Below, in pieces: positions 1-12,759 of a DNA stretch of 64,000 nt. This stretch comes from Amphiscolops sp. MND2022 (taxonomy: Eukaryota), in assembly GCA_964187785.1 (NCBI GenBank), contig OZ076409.1, forward strand, positions 63,738,001-63,802,000. Direction: 5' to 3'. Numbering within the stretch: the stretch's first letter is position 1; each line of letters starts with the position of its first letter. The position numbers and the translations under genes are program-made. Below the pieces are notes generated by a model. It did no database searches, was not told the origin of the DNA, and saw only the letters and a program-made list of their open reading frames with translations.

Positions 1-217
1 TCTTTCGCCCTATGAGAGCATTTATTGCACGAATATCATCACGACAACATGTCTTCCAATCCAGGTTGGTTTGATTTTCTCTTTCTTTCAAACAAGCTTA
101 GCTTGATCAAGGCTAAACATTGTTCACATGACGCTTCCTGTTTCCATCAACTAGACGCGTGAAAGCACGCTTCATTCAATTTTCAAGACACTTCCGGAAG
201 ATTTCCAACGCGGTAAA

Positions 218-964
218 ATGGACACTTTTCAAGGAAGCATACCGCTAAACTTTATCTCTTTTCGTTTAGATAATCAGACTTCTGAGATTGAAAACGTACC
301 CAACCCTTCTGGACTGCCGCAAACAATTTCCAATGAAGGTACAGTTCCGAGTGTGGCGGATATCGCCAAGTCTGCGATTTCTCCCCAAAGTGTCGAAAGT
401 GAGGTGGACGTGAATGCCTATGCAGAAGCTAAAGTACAAGAGATGGAGGTCGAGCAGAGTCAAATGCAACAACGATCACCTTCCAGTGATATCAATTTGA
501 TGACGACCAACCCCGAGGCTTCCACTAGCACCTATGTTCCCCAGAGTTTAGTCCCAGTTCGGTCCAGTACCCCAATACCGGTAGAGACTGCTGGAATATC
601 CCAAGCCAGCTTGCACACATTAGAAGCAGGTCTAACAGTTGTAAACAACCCTGGGTCCCAATTACCTGAGCTTCTTCCTGCCACTGAAGTGGGGACCGTT
701 GTTCCGCCAGTTAGGAAGACCTTGGACGATGAGGATGGAGAATCTTCTGTCTATGAAGTTCCTATGTTGCCCACCCAGGAACACAAAGTCCGGTTCTTGA
801 CCGACTTGAGTGAGGCTGAGAAAACAACCGGAGAGGCGAGCAGCGCTGAATGTCCTTCACTCTATGGGGATATTCCCGGGATGTCCGAATCTGGAGGAGA
901 GACCAGTGAATGCCCTGACACTACCGTCCTTAGACAGCACCAGACCGACCCACCCCAAACTTAA
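218..964 (+). pseudogene. Truncated homologue of the N-terminus of the antisense cargo gene of the Gypsy element (fragment of a related element in the opposite orientation)
   Basis: MDTFQGSIPLNFISFRLD aligns with MDSFSGSYPLEFISFCLD (37150 minus); FLTDLSEAEK resembles FQTDTSDAEE; the upstream ACTTCCGGAAGATTT (190-204) is identical to the reverse complement of 37162-37176; ORF stops before any zinc finger. Confidence 0.75.
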
Positions 965-1982
965 TATGGTAAAAGTAGGTCCGCAGCACGTTTTTGGAAG
1001 AGAAATTTGCATGTTTTATGGCAGAAAGTTTCCTCAGAATGACCCGGATAATTCAAAAACTGAGAATTTGTATTTTTTGAAACATTTCATGCCCTTTTTA
1101 TACAACTTTCAAGCTACTTCCTTGCAAAAAGAGGTTTTAGAAACTCAGTAAAGACTAATCCCGGTATCCAGTAGGCGTTTTTGAAGATATAACTGTTATT
1201 TTTCTGGAATTGGCCTCAAAACCACCCCAAAATCCAACAAACGACAAAAAAGCACGTTTTTTGACGGATCAATCCAAATTTTTGTTCAAACCACGAAAAT
1301 TTTGTGGAATAAAATTTCCATACACCTGAACTTTGAAACAAAAAGGTATTCAAAACGCAATTTGGGAAAGAAATTACGATGAAGTTCTTCGAGTTTACAA
1401 CAAAGGTGTAAGAATTCCCGAACTTTCTAAATTTTCGACAACCAAGTAAAAATTTTGGAACCTTTCCGAAAAATTACTTCAATCAGAAAACCCATGGGCT
1501 CAGGTTTGAAACGTGTAGCTGCCGGCAGTGTTTCGGAAAGATATCAGACTAGGTTTTGTTCACAATTTTCAAAAAATTTTATTGAAAACGTAAAATTTTT
1601 TTCGACCTTGTTTGTGAAATATTTAATATTCAAAATGCTTCAAGCAAAATCACTAGAAGTGGAGTGAACTTTCAAAAGGAAAAAGTTTTTGCAGTTTCCC
1701 ACGCAGGAAGAAAACCTGAGAATGACACAATAACAAAAATGAAAAGAGGCATTTCCCATAATCATCAAAAAAACTCCTCAGTTCCAAAGTATCAAAAGTA
1801 ACAAAGAGGTCACCCCAAGACTCGGGAAACTGATCTCCTTTACAGAAAACCTCAAACACTAAAACTTGTGAAAATTGTTTTTCGAAAATTGTCTTCCAAA
1901 AGGTTCTCTTCACGCGGTAAGTCGAATAGTGCCGAATATACAAAAAGTGGGCAGCTACTGCAGAAATAATAAATTAGGTATA

Positions 1983-2413
1983 CAGCCTTGTGCATATTAG
2001 TTCCATCACTCTGTCAAATTAGCTCTTGGCTTCAATAAAAACGGATTGTTTTGGGCGTCCTCCCTGGTCTCCGCGAAGGCGACAGCGTACCCACCTTCCG
2101 ATAATGCGAAATAATATTGGAAATGGTTCCTTGTGGTACTAATACCATTTTCGAAACTTGCCATTGGCTATATTTTTCCCGCGTTTTTTGAAGGATCAAT
2201 TTTCTGACACATTCAGACACTGTTTTGCCTGGCATGTTTGCTTTACTAACCGCACAGAAATTCAAACTGACAACTTGGTGGAAAGCAACAGTGTATGTGT
2301 TGTTGAAATACAAGGAATTTAAATGTTCGGCGTGAAATCAAAACGTGAAAAAATTAAATTAAATATAGTGTGTGAAAGTAGACAAATGATCGAACAAATA
2401 TGCACAAGGGCTG
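1983..2413 (-). mobile_element. Internally deleted Tc1/mariner element retaining the N-terminal HTH of the transposase
   Basis: TIRs CAGCC(C)TTGTGCATATT at both ends flanked by TA; minus ORF MPGKTVSECVRKLIL...TISNIISHYRKVG...RRPGRTPKT is a paired-like HTH with a GRPR-like motif. Confidence 0.85.
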
Positions 2414-4217
2414 TAGCCTTTAAAGCAGGACTAAGATGAATCAAAGTTTTTTTCTTCGAACTTTTTTTCACAGTGCTTTGGCTATTCTTGAGCCGCAAAT
2501 TTATATAGTTGTAGAACAGTTTGGGGCGGAAAATATCTCGCTGCTCAGTGGGCGTCTTGTTTCGTTTATATTGAGCCGAATGTTCTCAGGTTTGCAGCCT
2601 GTCAAAAAGAAGTCAAGATCTTCGACTGAGTAATTCTTCCCGGAGTCGTTTATATTTCAATTTCCGTATTTCAATTCCCGTATGTATTTTTTTTGGAAAT
2701 GTGGACGTGTTTTTGCCAGTGTAAAGCCGCGTCCGGGGGTTACTAGCATCTGTAGTAAGCATGGTTACTGTCTGCTGCATAGTGTCATAAACAAAAATGT
2801 TCTCAGTACGTTGTTCAGTCGGCCTGTTTTTTCGAAAGTTCCGTAAGAGCTTTGCCATGTACTGTATGCCTTCGAGGAATGGTTTACATTCCTGTGTATT
2901 TTCCTGCGGGTGTGGGACAATATTGTTCCGGTGTTGTGACTCTCAATGAAATTCATTCAATCAAAATGTTGAGTCACAAGATCCTGTTATGTCGTCGTTT
3001 GGTACTTCCTTTTCAATAATTTCATGTCACAGCCACTTTGTTTGGTTCATAGAAAGTTCTCGAATTCTTTGGTTTGACCTGTTTTAATATAGGGTTTTAA
3101 TTTTTGAAGGATTTTGGTTGTTTCTTTTGGGGTGTTTGCTGGTGCGTGTTTCCACAGATACGCCAACTGATCATGCGGGTTTACAACACTTGAAAGCTCG
3201 GTCGATATGTTTTTGACTAGTCAACCAGTCCACAGAACCCTTTTGAGAATCTTTAATATTTTGTTTTTTTTTCGGCTAAGGCAAAAACACGTTGTCGGCT
3301 GCTTTTTTTGGGTAATTTCATTTAACCGTAGACGTAATTCAAATCATGTTTTGATATTAGACACCGTTCGGTATCTAGTGATTTTTACCGGAATTCGGTT
3401 TTAAAATTATGCAAATTCGAATCTGTGGTCTAATCTTCCTACAAGTGTCATATAGATTTCGTCAGTCAAGTTATTTCGTTAATGATATGGCGTTGTTTAC
3501 GGTTTTCACTATCGGAGATACGGAACGGTTGAACTTCCTAAATAATGTTGGAGTAGTAGCAAGAATACCTTCGGAGAAAGGTGATGTCGAGTCTGTTCCC
3601 AAAGTAGATCTGTTTATATATTAGATTTTTTATTGTTTCTCAAATTTTCTCGGGCGATATCCCATCTACGATACTATTCTTAGTTTTCTCGTTCTTTATA
3701 CCCTGAAATGCCTATTAAAAATCAAAAATGGTCACTATTGCAACGCATATAGAAAGATAACATCTATATTTTACACCTGTATTCAGTTTCCGCAATTTTG
3801 ACATGCTTAATTTAGTCCGACATTGAGTTCGACTTAAAGCCACTAAGCAAAGAATTCCTATTAAGGTTTCCTTTCCACCTTAGACAAAATTTTTCAAGGA
3901 AAATTCCCAGGGCAACAAAGTGCATCACCTTTTGTCAATTTTTGAATGCAATTTTCTCAAGTAGCAATTTGCCTAATACCAAATTTTTTCTGCACGAAAA
4001 TGACATGAAAGTAAACGCTAATTTTCTGCAACGGATTAGCTTATCAATAAGAGTCAGTGAGAAACTTTTTGCATAATGATGCTAAATTCTTACAGCAGTA
4101 ATTTGGCTGCTGCAGAAAACACTGGCATGGAAAATGCCAATTTTCATGAAGTCATGCACTTCCATTAAAAAATTCGAAATCTTTATTCATGTAATGAAGC
4201 GCAAGTTTCGAAATGTG

Positions 4218-4286
4218 GATGCTTTTAAAATTCATCATTTCAGATTGTATTAGTTCAATCTGAAATGATGAATTTTAAAAACATCC
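4218..4286. repeat. Near-perfect palindrome/hairpin, probably the centre of a foldback MITE
   Basis: TTTTAAAATTCATCATTTCAGATTG - 8 nt loop - CAATCTGAAATGATGAATTTTAAAA. Confidence 0.7.
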
Positions 4287-5461
4287 GAGTTTTGAACACA
4301 TGACAAAAAATTTTAAAATCAAGGCTTTCTTAATTGAGGAAATGATGATCTTTTGGAACTTTTTCGGAAAGTTTTTGCTGTTGTACAAATATTACTGACC
4401 GTGAAAGATTACAAAATTCAGTTTTACTTCTGAACAAACACCTGGAGTTCCATTTTATGACATTCAGTCAATTACCATCAGTGGCAATCAACGCTTGTCT
4501 GCCTACTATCCATTGGTGAAAACCAAAACGTGAAACCTTTATAAAAGTTTATTTATTATCCTCCAATGTCTGTGAATTGATCTGGGAATTCTCCCCTGGA
4601 GTAAACAACATCCAGTAAACAACAGCACTGTAATGAACTATAGAAAGAGTAGAAAGTTTATTTCCTAAATTCCGCGGGGTGGACGCCGAATAATCAGTTC
4701 TGCCTTTCTAATTCTGTTTTCTTTCGGAAACTATCTCCCCATAGAAAGCTATGGTACCATTTTTGTAGTCAAATGGTCAAGGAATAGTCGGCTTAAGCTG
4801 TGATTTCAAAGTGAATTCTCAAGGTCACAAAGGTCTGACTGCTCACCGTTGCTCTTTTTTTTGCTTTTCTTTGCGTCATTTTTTTGTCATAGCCATACCA
4901 CTAAGCTAAAGACTAAGAAGTTGCTCAAGGCCCAACAATGGTAATTTAAGAGAGATTCGAACCTGGTACCACCCCAGTAATAATATTTAACCGCCTGAGT
5001 TACTACTGGTAGTTACTACAAATTATTTGGAAAGTGACGGACTGAAGTAGAAACTCAACGATGATTCTAGTTTCATGTATGGCCCTGATTTAAAATCTTA
5101 GCGCGTCTTTCATCCTGATTTTATATTTTTGTCGCATTCTAAAGCACTTCGATAAAATAGAAGTTATTAAAAGTAAGACGTTAAATGATTCAAATAATCT
5201 TTAACTAGCTCAACTGAATCAATGTACAGTTTTTCTATTTACATGTATATCATGGCAGTAATCTAGTATCTGTTAACGGTTATGTAAGCTCGTGACCTCT
5301 GAGATTGTCTAGACTACACCACATTTTTTGAACCGTTTCGTTTTTCTTTGAATAAAACAACGTTTGTGTATAAAACAGGTCGGTTTTGGATGTTCATTTG
5401 TTTGATTTTGTATTTATTATTAGTTACACCGTTTTTGAAATCTAAAAACTCTTTTCAACAG

Positions 5462-5681
5462 GTAGTAGAAATGGCTGGCTTCTACTTCATTGCATTCGAC
5501 ACAGACCGCAACCTAGATTTCCTGGAAAGAAAGCTGCACATTCTGAACAGTATCATCACCTGGTTCATTGGACCCACTCTCAAGTTCTCGCCCTCTAGTG
5601 GAGACGGACGGGGGTACTGTAAACTGTGCCCCGAGTACAACCCCGCCTATCCCAATGCACAGAAGGATGCCTGGTTTCTGG
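5462..5681 (+). CDS. HPS1: HPS1-like exon (first longin domain)
   Basis: Acceptor ttttcaacag; VVEMAGFYFIAFDTDRNLDFLERKLHIL resembles HPS1 CLFIAINGD..DLRRKLYVL; phase-1 donor G/GCAAGA (GC-AG). Confidence 0.7.
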
Positions 5682-6435
5682 GCAAGACATTGTCCTTCAA
5701 CTTTCAAGCGTTTTCTCAACTTTCGACAGCAATGAGAAAAAATTGAACTTTATTGCTGAAAAATATGATTGGTATAAATAGTTTTGCTGCAAAATTGATC
5801 AGAATTGAATAGAAATTCCTCATATCAAAAGAGTGAAACACATTTTGCCTGTCCTGCTATTCAATGAAATTTATCTTTTTCGGAGCCCACAGGACGCTCG
5901 TTGACAACCGGGATTTTTTTGGATCTGAATTCAATTAAAAAACGTGAGAGCTTTCTACAAAAAATAATGTTGAGTAGCTAAATGTTCTGTCTATAAACTT
6001 TGTGGATAATCATACCCACAGTAGAAAATCTTTTCAGTTTAAAATTGAAGTATGGCAAAAATTGTTTTTAAAAAGCAGGTGAGATTTTATTTTTCCGCTA
6101 ATCGAGAATGAAATTTTATACGAACTTTTTTCATCAATCTGTTGTTTCTTGTCGCCTACTAAAGTTTCGATTGGTTAATGCTGTATTTAGGCTAAATTAA
6201 ATTGATTGCTTAATTTATGCAACTGAGATGAAAACAATTCAGAAAACTTTATTTTTCCGCCCGTGCTTCCGGCGCTTCTTTCTGTTTATTTTGTAATGTT
6301 CCAATTTTGAATAGATGTTGCTAAGTTGCTAAGATGTGGACGTCGTTTTTATCAACAATAAAATTTTGGTAAATGAAAGGCGAATTGAGTAAATTGAGAC
6401 AATGTGGCTTTGTTTGATTGGTTGGTTGGTTAAAG

Positions 6436-6555
6436 TGAACTGTCTTCTGGAAGTGTGGGAGTACCTCTACTTCACGGATCAGTGCTTCATGTTGGAGGCC
6501 TATGAGAAACACGTGGTCAACTTCAACGTCATGACAAAGTACAAAGACATACTCG
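6436..6555 (+). CDS. HPS1: HPS1-like exon (not in the ORF track)
   Basis: ttaaag/ ... /gttagc; VNCLLEVWEYLYFTDQCFMLEAYEKHVV resembles HPS1 EQCFAVEALE; phase 1-1. Confidence 0.8.
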
Positions 6556-6562
6556 GTTAGCC

Positions 6563-6674
6563 TTCGAAGAAACGAACAAAATATTCATGCAACATGCAAC
6601 TACATCGATGCTAGAGAATCCTCTAGCACCGAAGTGCTTGCATGTTGCACGAATGTTTTTGTTCTTTTTCGAAA
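6563..6674. repeat. Short imperfect inverted repeat (MITE-like) in an intron
   Basis: ttcgaagaaacgaacaaaatattcatgcaacatgcaa ... ttgcatgttgcacgaatgtttttgttctttttcgaa. Confidence 0.6.
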
Positions 6675-6779
6675 TGTCCCCAGTTGAACTTCAAGCTCGT
6701 TGTAGTGCTATTTTAAGTTGACCTAATAGTTTTTTATAGCAAAAAAAGTACTTTCGAGACAGTTTCTTTCATTTTTCAG

Positions 6780-7058
6780 AGGTCGTCACTCAGAGCCACA
6801 AAATAGGCAGCATGTACCCAAACTGTTCAATCATCTTTGTGAAAAACAAGATTTTGGAGTTCAAAGAGATGAGAGACGCCACCAAAGACATTCTGCACAC
6901 AAGTGACCTTCTATTAGTGCTGCTCCTCACTAATTATTTGCATCCATCGAGAAAACTGCTGCAAGCTATGCGCAAGATCGATGAGAAAAACGGGTGCTAC
7001 TTTGACGACAGTTTCTTCGACGTTTGTAGCAGACCCTCGCCTTATTCTTATGAAACAG
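6780..7058 (+). CDS. HPS1: HPS1-like exon (second longin domain start)
   Basis: ttttcag/ ... /gttatc; IIFVKNKIL...DLLLVLLLTNYLHPS resembles HPS1 FLLVHSKLL...DLLALILLVQDLYPS; phase 1-1. Confidence 0.85.
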
Positions 7059-7772
7059 GTTATCTAAGACCCTGACTTTCATTGTATCAACTTCTCAATA
7101 TTTTCACAATATTTGTCACAGCTTCTGAGAATTGAGTATGAGTATTAAACTATTTAGTTTTCAGTGCCTATGGAGAAACTATAAAACAGTGAGGCTAGTT
7201 TCGTACTCCTGTTTGTGAAAACGTTCTGAATGAAAAAGTTATTTTGCAAAATGCTTATGAACAAACAAACTTCGAGGAAATTGCCAATTGAAAAACTAGT
7301 GGAACTTTCTACATGAGCCAATTGGGGTTTTCTGAAACTTCTACAAGATCAATTACAAGAAAGCTCCCCTTATAATATTTCTATGATGTTAGTTAGTGGT
7401 TGTGCTCGATATCAAAACTCTGTAAGTTTCATTCAACCTGAAAACGTTGATGTTAGCATTGCTTTATTTGTCATGATGCCAATCACTCAATGAATACACT
7501 CAAAAACTTGAAGATTGTATTTCCCACTCCTACAGAAAATCAACTCACCCCAAAATAATTCTATACCCTTCATACTTCAATACATAAATAGTCATTTTTC
7601 GAAAGAAGTGTTAATTATATTTGGCTTGAAAATCATCTTTCCGCCCACCCATCGGATTTCAAGGCCTGCCATTTTCTGGGCCCCTGGAAAAATAGCAACT
7701 ATCCCCCTGCAATTATAGTGAAATTTATATATTTCAATAAAAAAAAACGAGATTTTTGGCCGTAAATCATGG

Positions 7773-10700
7773 TTGGCAAGAGCGCTAAATCCAATCAATC
7801 GAGAACTAATCTACATGAAGGAGAGGCTTCCACCCCAACAAAGGTCTATCAAGCAGAAAGCTGACGATTTCGGTCTAATAACAACAACCCAAAATTGCAA
7901 TGTGAAAGTCTTTATGAAAAATGAGGATAATACCTTCAAGTCAGTGGTGGTAAAAAGCGTACAAGCAGTTGAAGATATCAAACATTGTGCTGTGAAAAAG
8001 AAACAATTGGAGCCTGCCAAATCAGCAACTGTGTTTTCTACTCCTGCACCCAAAAAGTCCGGTATGGAGTTGCAACTAAAAAGTGCACTGAAACGAATAC
8101 GAAGCTCACCAGATGCAGAAGGGATGGCAACTCTAAAAGCACTTTGTCTTGGAACTGTTCAACCAGAAATAGATGAACAAACATCATCAAATTGCGGTCA
8201 AATGTCCTAAAAAAATATAGAAATAACAATGTAACGCTGACGAAACGCAAATGCAAAAACAAACCTTAAAAAAAACACATTTGACTGCAATTAATGCTGA
8301 CAGAACATTCAAATAAAAACTTTAAAAAACGTGTGGTAGAGGGGTTGACTTTTCTGTATAATAATATAAGATCAGTATCTGCAAATTTAGAAGATCTTGA
8401 AATATTGGTTGCACAAACAAAGCCGTCCGTAATCGCATTAACCGAAACATGGTGGAAAAACGAAAATGAAGCAGGACTGTATTGTCTCGAAGGATATCAA
8501 AGACTTTCGCTAGCACCAGAAACCGCAAACGAGGTGGAGGTGTAGCAATTTATGTTACATCGGACCTGGAAGCTGAATTACTTCACACGGATGAAGCCTA
8601 CGAGTCATTATCTGTAAAAATTAGTGACTTCAAAAAGAAAAAGAAAAAAATAGTTTCTTGTTTCTATTGTGAACCGTCGAGGAATAGAAGTCAGTATCTG
8701 GACCATGTTGAAGAAGTATTGGATAAAAATGGTGAAGGTATGCAGATAGCTTGTGGAGACTTCAATATTGATTTGTTAAACGAAAACCTTGCAGCACGGA
8801 TAACGTTAGAAAATTTGATGACAGCCCAAGGGTTGGAATTGGTTAGCTTGCGACAACCTACAAGAGAAACTGCTACATCTAGTACTTGCATAGACTCCAT
8901 ATACAGCAATATTCCGGTGCAACTAACGCAGATTAAAAAAACAACATTCTCTGACCATTACAGCTTAGAACTGTCTTTCGAAATTTTTTATGAAATTGCG
9001 GAAAACATCTTTGAATATCGATCACTCGAGAAATTAGAAGACTCTTTTTACTGTGAAAAATTCCTTTTCTTCTTGAATCATTCGTTGGGTAAAATTAATG
9101 AACAAGATTCAGATGCCGAATCATATCTAGAAGAGATCGCGCATGTAATCAAAGATTCAACTGATAAATATTTCCCAACCAAGCAAGTGAAACGCTATGA
9201 ACCCAAAAAGTCTTGGATAACAAATCGTATTAAGAGGCACATAGCAAATAGAGATAAACATTATCATTTATGGTTAAAAACAAAATCATCTGTTGATTAC
9301 GAGAAGTACAGGAAAAAAAGAAATGAAGTCAATATGGAAATTAAAAATGCAAAGCGGAATGAAGTTCAATCTAGAATTGACCGCAATAATTCGAGAGAAT
9401 TTTTCAGATACATAAAAAAGGTGAAAGGCACTTTGAATCAAGTAGCAAAATGTGATTTATCTGCAGAAGATTTTAATAATTATTTCATAACTGCTGCTGA
9501 TACCTCAGACACAATATTAACTCATCGTTTTAAAAGTCAGCAGGTTGAACAACCGCAATCAATATTCATGCGCCCAGTTACTGAGGATGAAGTTTCGAAA
9601 CACATTTCCACATTGAAAAACAAAAAATCTGTTGGCATGGATTGCATTGAGGTCGCCGTATTAAAGAAAGCTTCCCGAATTGTTAGTCCTTATCTAAAAA
9701 CTGCTTTAAACAATTGCATATATGCAGGAGTGTTTCCTCAAAGTATGAAAATTGCTAAAGTAATACCAATTTTTAAAGCTGGTCCAACAAGTTTAGCTTC
9801 CAATTACAGGCCGATTTCTATTCTGGGTAATTTATCAAAGCTCTTCGAGAAGGTAATACACAGAAGATTGATGAACTATTTTGAAAAGTTTGGAATTCTT
9901 TCGGAAAATCAATATGGGTTCAGAAAGAAAAAAGATTCTATCCAAGCCGCAACATCACTTTTTAAAGAAATAGAAGCAAATTGGAGGTCCAAAATTAAAA
10001 CGAACTCTGTTTTTATTGATTTCAGGAAAGCTTTTGATGCAGTTGATCACAGCGTTCTGTTGAATAAATTGAATCGAATCGGTATCAGAGGAGTTTCCCA
10101 TAAACTTCTAACGAGTTACTCAACGAATAGGTGTCAGTATGTGAAAATTGAGGATAAATGCTCATCCATGAAATTAATAAAACGTGGAGTCCCACAGGGA
10201 TCTATACTTGGCCCTCTCTTATTTCTTGTTTATTTTAATGATTTGGGCGCCGATGAAAAATGGCAGAGTAAAATAATAAAGTATGCGGATGATACAGTTA
10301 TGATCGAAAAGCTAAATACAAAGTCTGATTATAAAACTTTGTTCCAAAATTGGACAGCAATGAATCGCTTGGATTGTAATTACACGAAAACAAAGTTTGT
10401 CGTTTTTGAGAAGAAATCTGTGAAGTATCCGAACATTTTTATTGGGGATCATGAAGTTTCCTCTTGTGAGAGTTATAAATACTTGGGTATACATTTCGAT
10501 AAAAAATTGAACTTCCAAGAGCACATTAATCATGTTATTGCCAAATTGGCGCAACAAAGCGGAATCTTGTACAAATTAAGGGCAACGTTGAACGAAAAAC
10601 AGTTAGTACAATATATTCGATCGTTTATATCACCTCTGGTTCAGTATGGCGTGCTTCTGTATGGCTTGGGCCCAAAAACTAAATTGCTAAAAATTTTCTT

Positions 10701-11363
10701 ATTACAAAAAAAAACTAATGAGGATAGCTTTAAGGCTTCCAACCAGAACTAGTGTTACTGAAAAATTCAACGAATTAAAAATTAGAACAGTGTTTGAGTA
10801 TCATGTTTATGAAATCTTCAAATTTTCCCTTAACCAGATACGAAATGGTTTCAAATGTCTTTGCATTGGAACGCAAAATAGACAAACAAGAAATGGTAGT
10901 CTAAATATATGGAATCGCACAGGAGAAAATGATAGGCTAGATTCTCGGGCAATCATACTCATCAATGCATTGCGCAAGTGGGGTGTTTTCTTTAAAGACG
11001 AACTGATATGCGAAATGGACGAAAACTGTTTTCAAAATTACTACCACCAAATTGCAGATCTCTACATTTTTGGAAATGGTGACTTGATTGATCTTATATG
11101 CAATTAGAATTTTTTCAGCTGGATAGATTGAAACGGTTAATTAAATGTCAAATCTCTACCACACACACACAAAAAAAACTGAAAAAACACAAAAAAAAAT
11201 CATTTCAAAAGGTTTCCTCTTGAAAAGCCTAAGTGCTTATAGGAAGCCTTTTCAGGGGCTAAATTATTTTATGTTTGCACTTTTATGTTTATAATTTTAT
11301 ATGACGCTTATATATACAGCGCACCCTGATAAATTCAATTATTATTATTATTATTATTATTAT
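7773..11363 (+). mobile_element. 5'-truncated non-LTR retrotransposon (LINE, probably CR1/L2-group) with an ORF1 tail, ORF2 and (ATT)n tail
   Basis: ORF1 remnant 7773-8210; ORF2 with APE endonuclease and RT motifs; 3' (ATT)n tail at about 11338-11363; 5' boundary approximate. Confidence 0.9.
8294..11107 (+). pseudogene. LINE ORF2 (AP endonuclease plus reverse transcriptase) with two frameshifts
   Basis: YNNIRS, ALTETW, GDFNIDL, CIDSIY, SDHY; NYRPISIL, FIDFRKAFD, GVPQGSILGPLLF, YADD, YKYLG; frame breaks near 8500 and at the A-run near 10705-10715. Confidence 0.9.
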
Positions 11364-11570
11364 CTTTGACCATCAAAAAATAGTCGGTGGTTTTCTGAGT
11401 CTGTAACCAAAACGTTCCTTGTCTAAAACATGTCCGAAACAAACAAGAATCTGAAACGTTCAGAACACTACTGTATGTTTTTTGTCTTCTGATCCAAGTT
11501 TGGGAAGCTTCCAAGCCGCAAGGCTATACAAATAAACTCGACTGTTAGTAGGAGGTGTTTTAAAATAGTT

Positions 11571-11928
11571 TTTAGTCGGCGCCTTTTCCCTTAAGGAAAA
11601 AAGCCCGACTTTTACAGTGAGTAGTTTTTTTTCAGTTGACAATCTCACTCTGAGTGGTCCACTTTTCTTACAATTTTTGTTCATCTTTCATATTTGTTCA
11701 TCTTTCATCTTCGACCCAGCCGGAGAGCGTGGGTTCGAATCCCGCACTAAACCATAAATTTTTTAATGAGTTTTTCGGCATTGTGCGACCTAAAAAATAC
11801 TTTTTTTCGAAAAAAATCAAAATTTTTTTTTTGAAAAAAAATTTTTTTTCCAAATTTTTCCAATAGTTGTTCCTTGAATATTTTTGAGCCTAAGATATGG
11901 CGCTGACTTGGGACGTTCCCGTCTTGTT
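11571..11928 (+). mobile_element. Non-autonomous Helentron/DINE-1-like repeat, copy A
   Basis: Sub-terminal inverted repeat AGTCGGCGCC (11574) / GGCGCTGACT (11899), followed by the hairpin GACG-TTCC-CGTC and TTGTT; related ends elsewhere in the window. Confidence 0.55.
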
Positions 11929-12759
11929 GGCTTAAGCTTTGTTACCATACTGATCAATCTTGTAAGAGTTCACTTGATTGGTTTGTGCATGATTTACGTA
12001 GAATATGCGTTTTTGTACTTTTTGTATTTTTGTACTTAGTGTATTCATTTTGCACCAGAGGGGTCTGTCCCCCTTTTTCGTTTTTTTTTCAAGATATTTT
12101 TAGCCTGAAGGCTCCCCTTTCTGCTTTTTTGGCATTATAATTCTTTTTATCATATTTGTTTCACTACAGAGACCCCCTGGGTGGGAGTTTGCATCTAACC
12201 AGTGTCTGCTTTCTTATTCTTTTCAAATCGAACTATAAAAATACTGTTCTGTTTTTGTGCCTATTCTGATAGAAAATGCGTCATATCCGAATGAAAGAAA
12301 GATTTTAATTGAATCTTTCTCTGAAAAAAAACAGATTTTCATATCTAGACAGTGAAGACGTTTCGTAAATTTTCAAATTGAACCAAATTGAAGTTTTCTG
12401 AAATAGCGTGTTGAATGATAACAGATGTTGTTGACCCTAAAATTTGCCGCTATGTCCGAAGAAAATTGAATTTTGCTAGAAATAAACGGGGTCATATTTA
12501 TTGCGAATAAACGGGCTCTCTCGAGCTTTTGTTTCTGTCCTACTTGAAATATAAAAGGTTCTCCTGTAACATAAAAAGCGACTTCCGAATTATTGAGATT
12601 CGAAGGTATTATTGAGGACGACGGTAAGGAAAACACTCATTTTATTTAAATTTACATTTGAATTCCATCGGTTTGAAAGGTTGATTTTTGTTTAAAAATA
12701 CCATGAACTTCGCAAAACGTCTATAGTCTTTTGTATTTCAAAAACTTCCACTGATAATA

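Noticed and set aside
2600..3700. Degenerate minus-strand coding-like region
   Set aside because: Many stops and no recognisable motif; family cannot be assigned
4430..4790. Candidate upstream HPS1 exons
   Set aside because: Splice-like sites exist but no frame gave convincing homology or phase closure
11720..11750. GGGTTCGAATCCC tRNA T-arm/B-box-like motif
   Set aside because: No D-arm, anticodon arm or acceptor stem can be folded; it lies within a repeat
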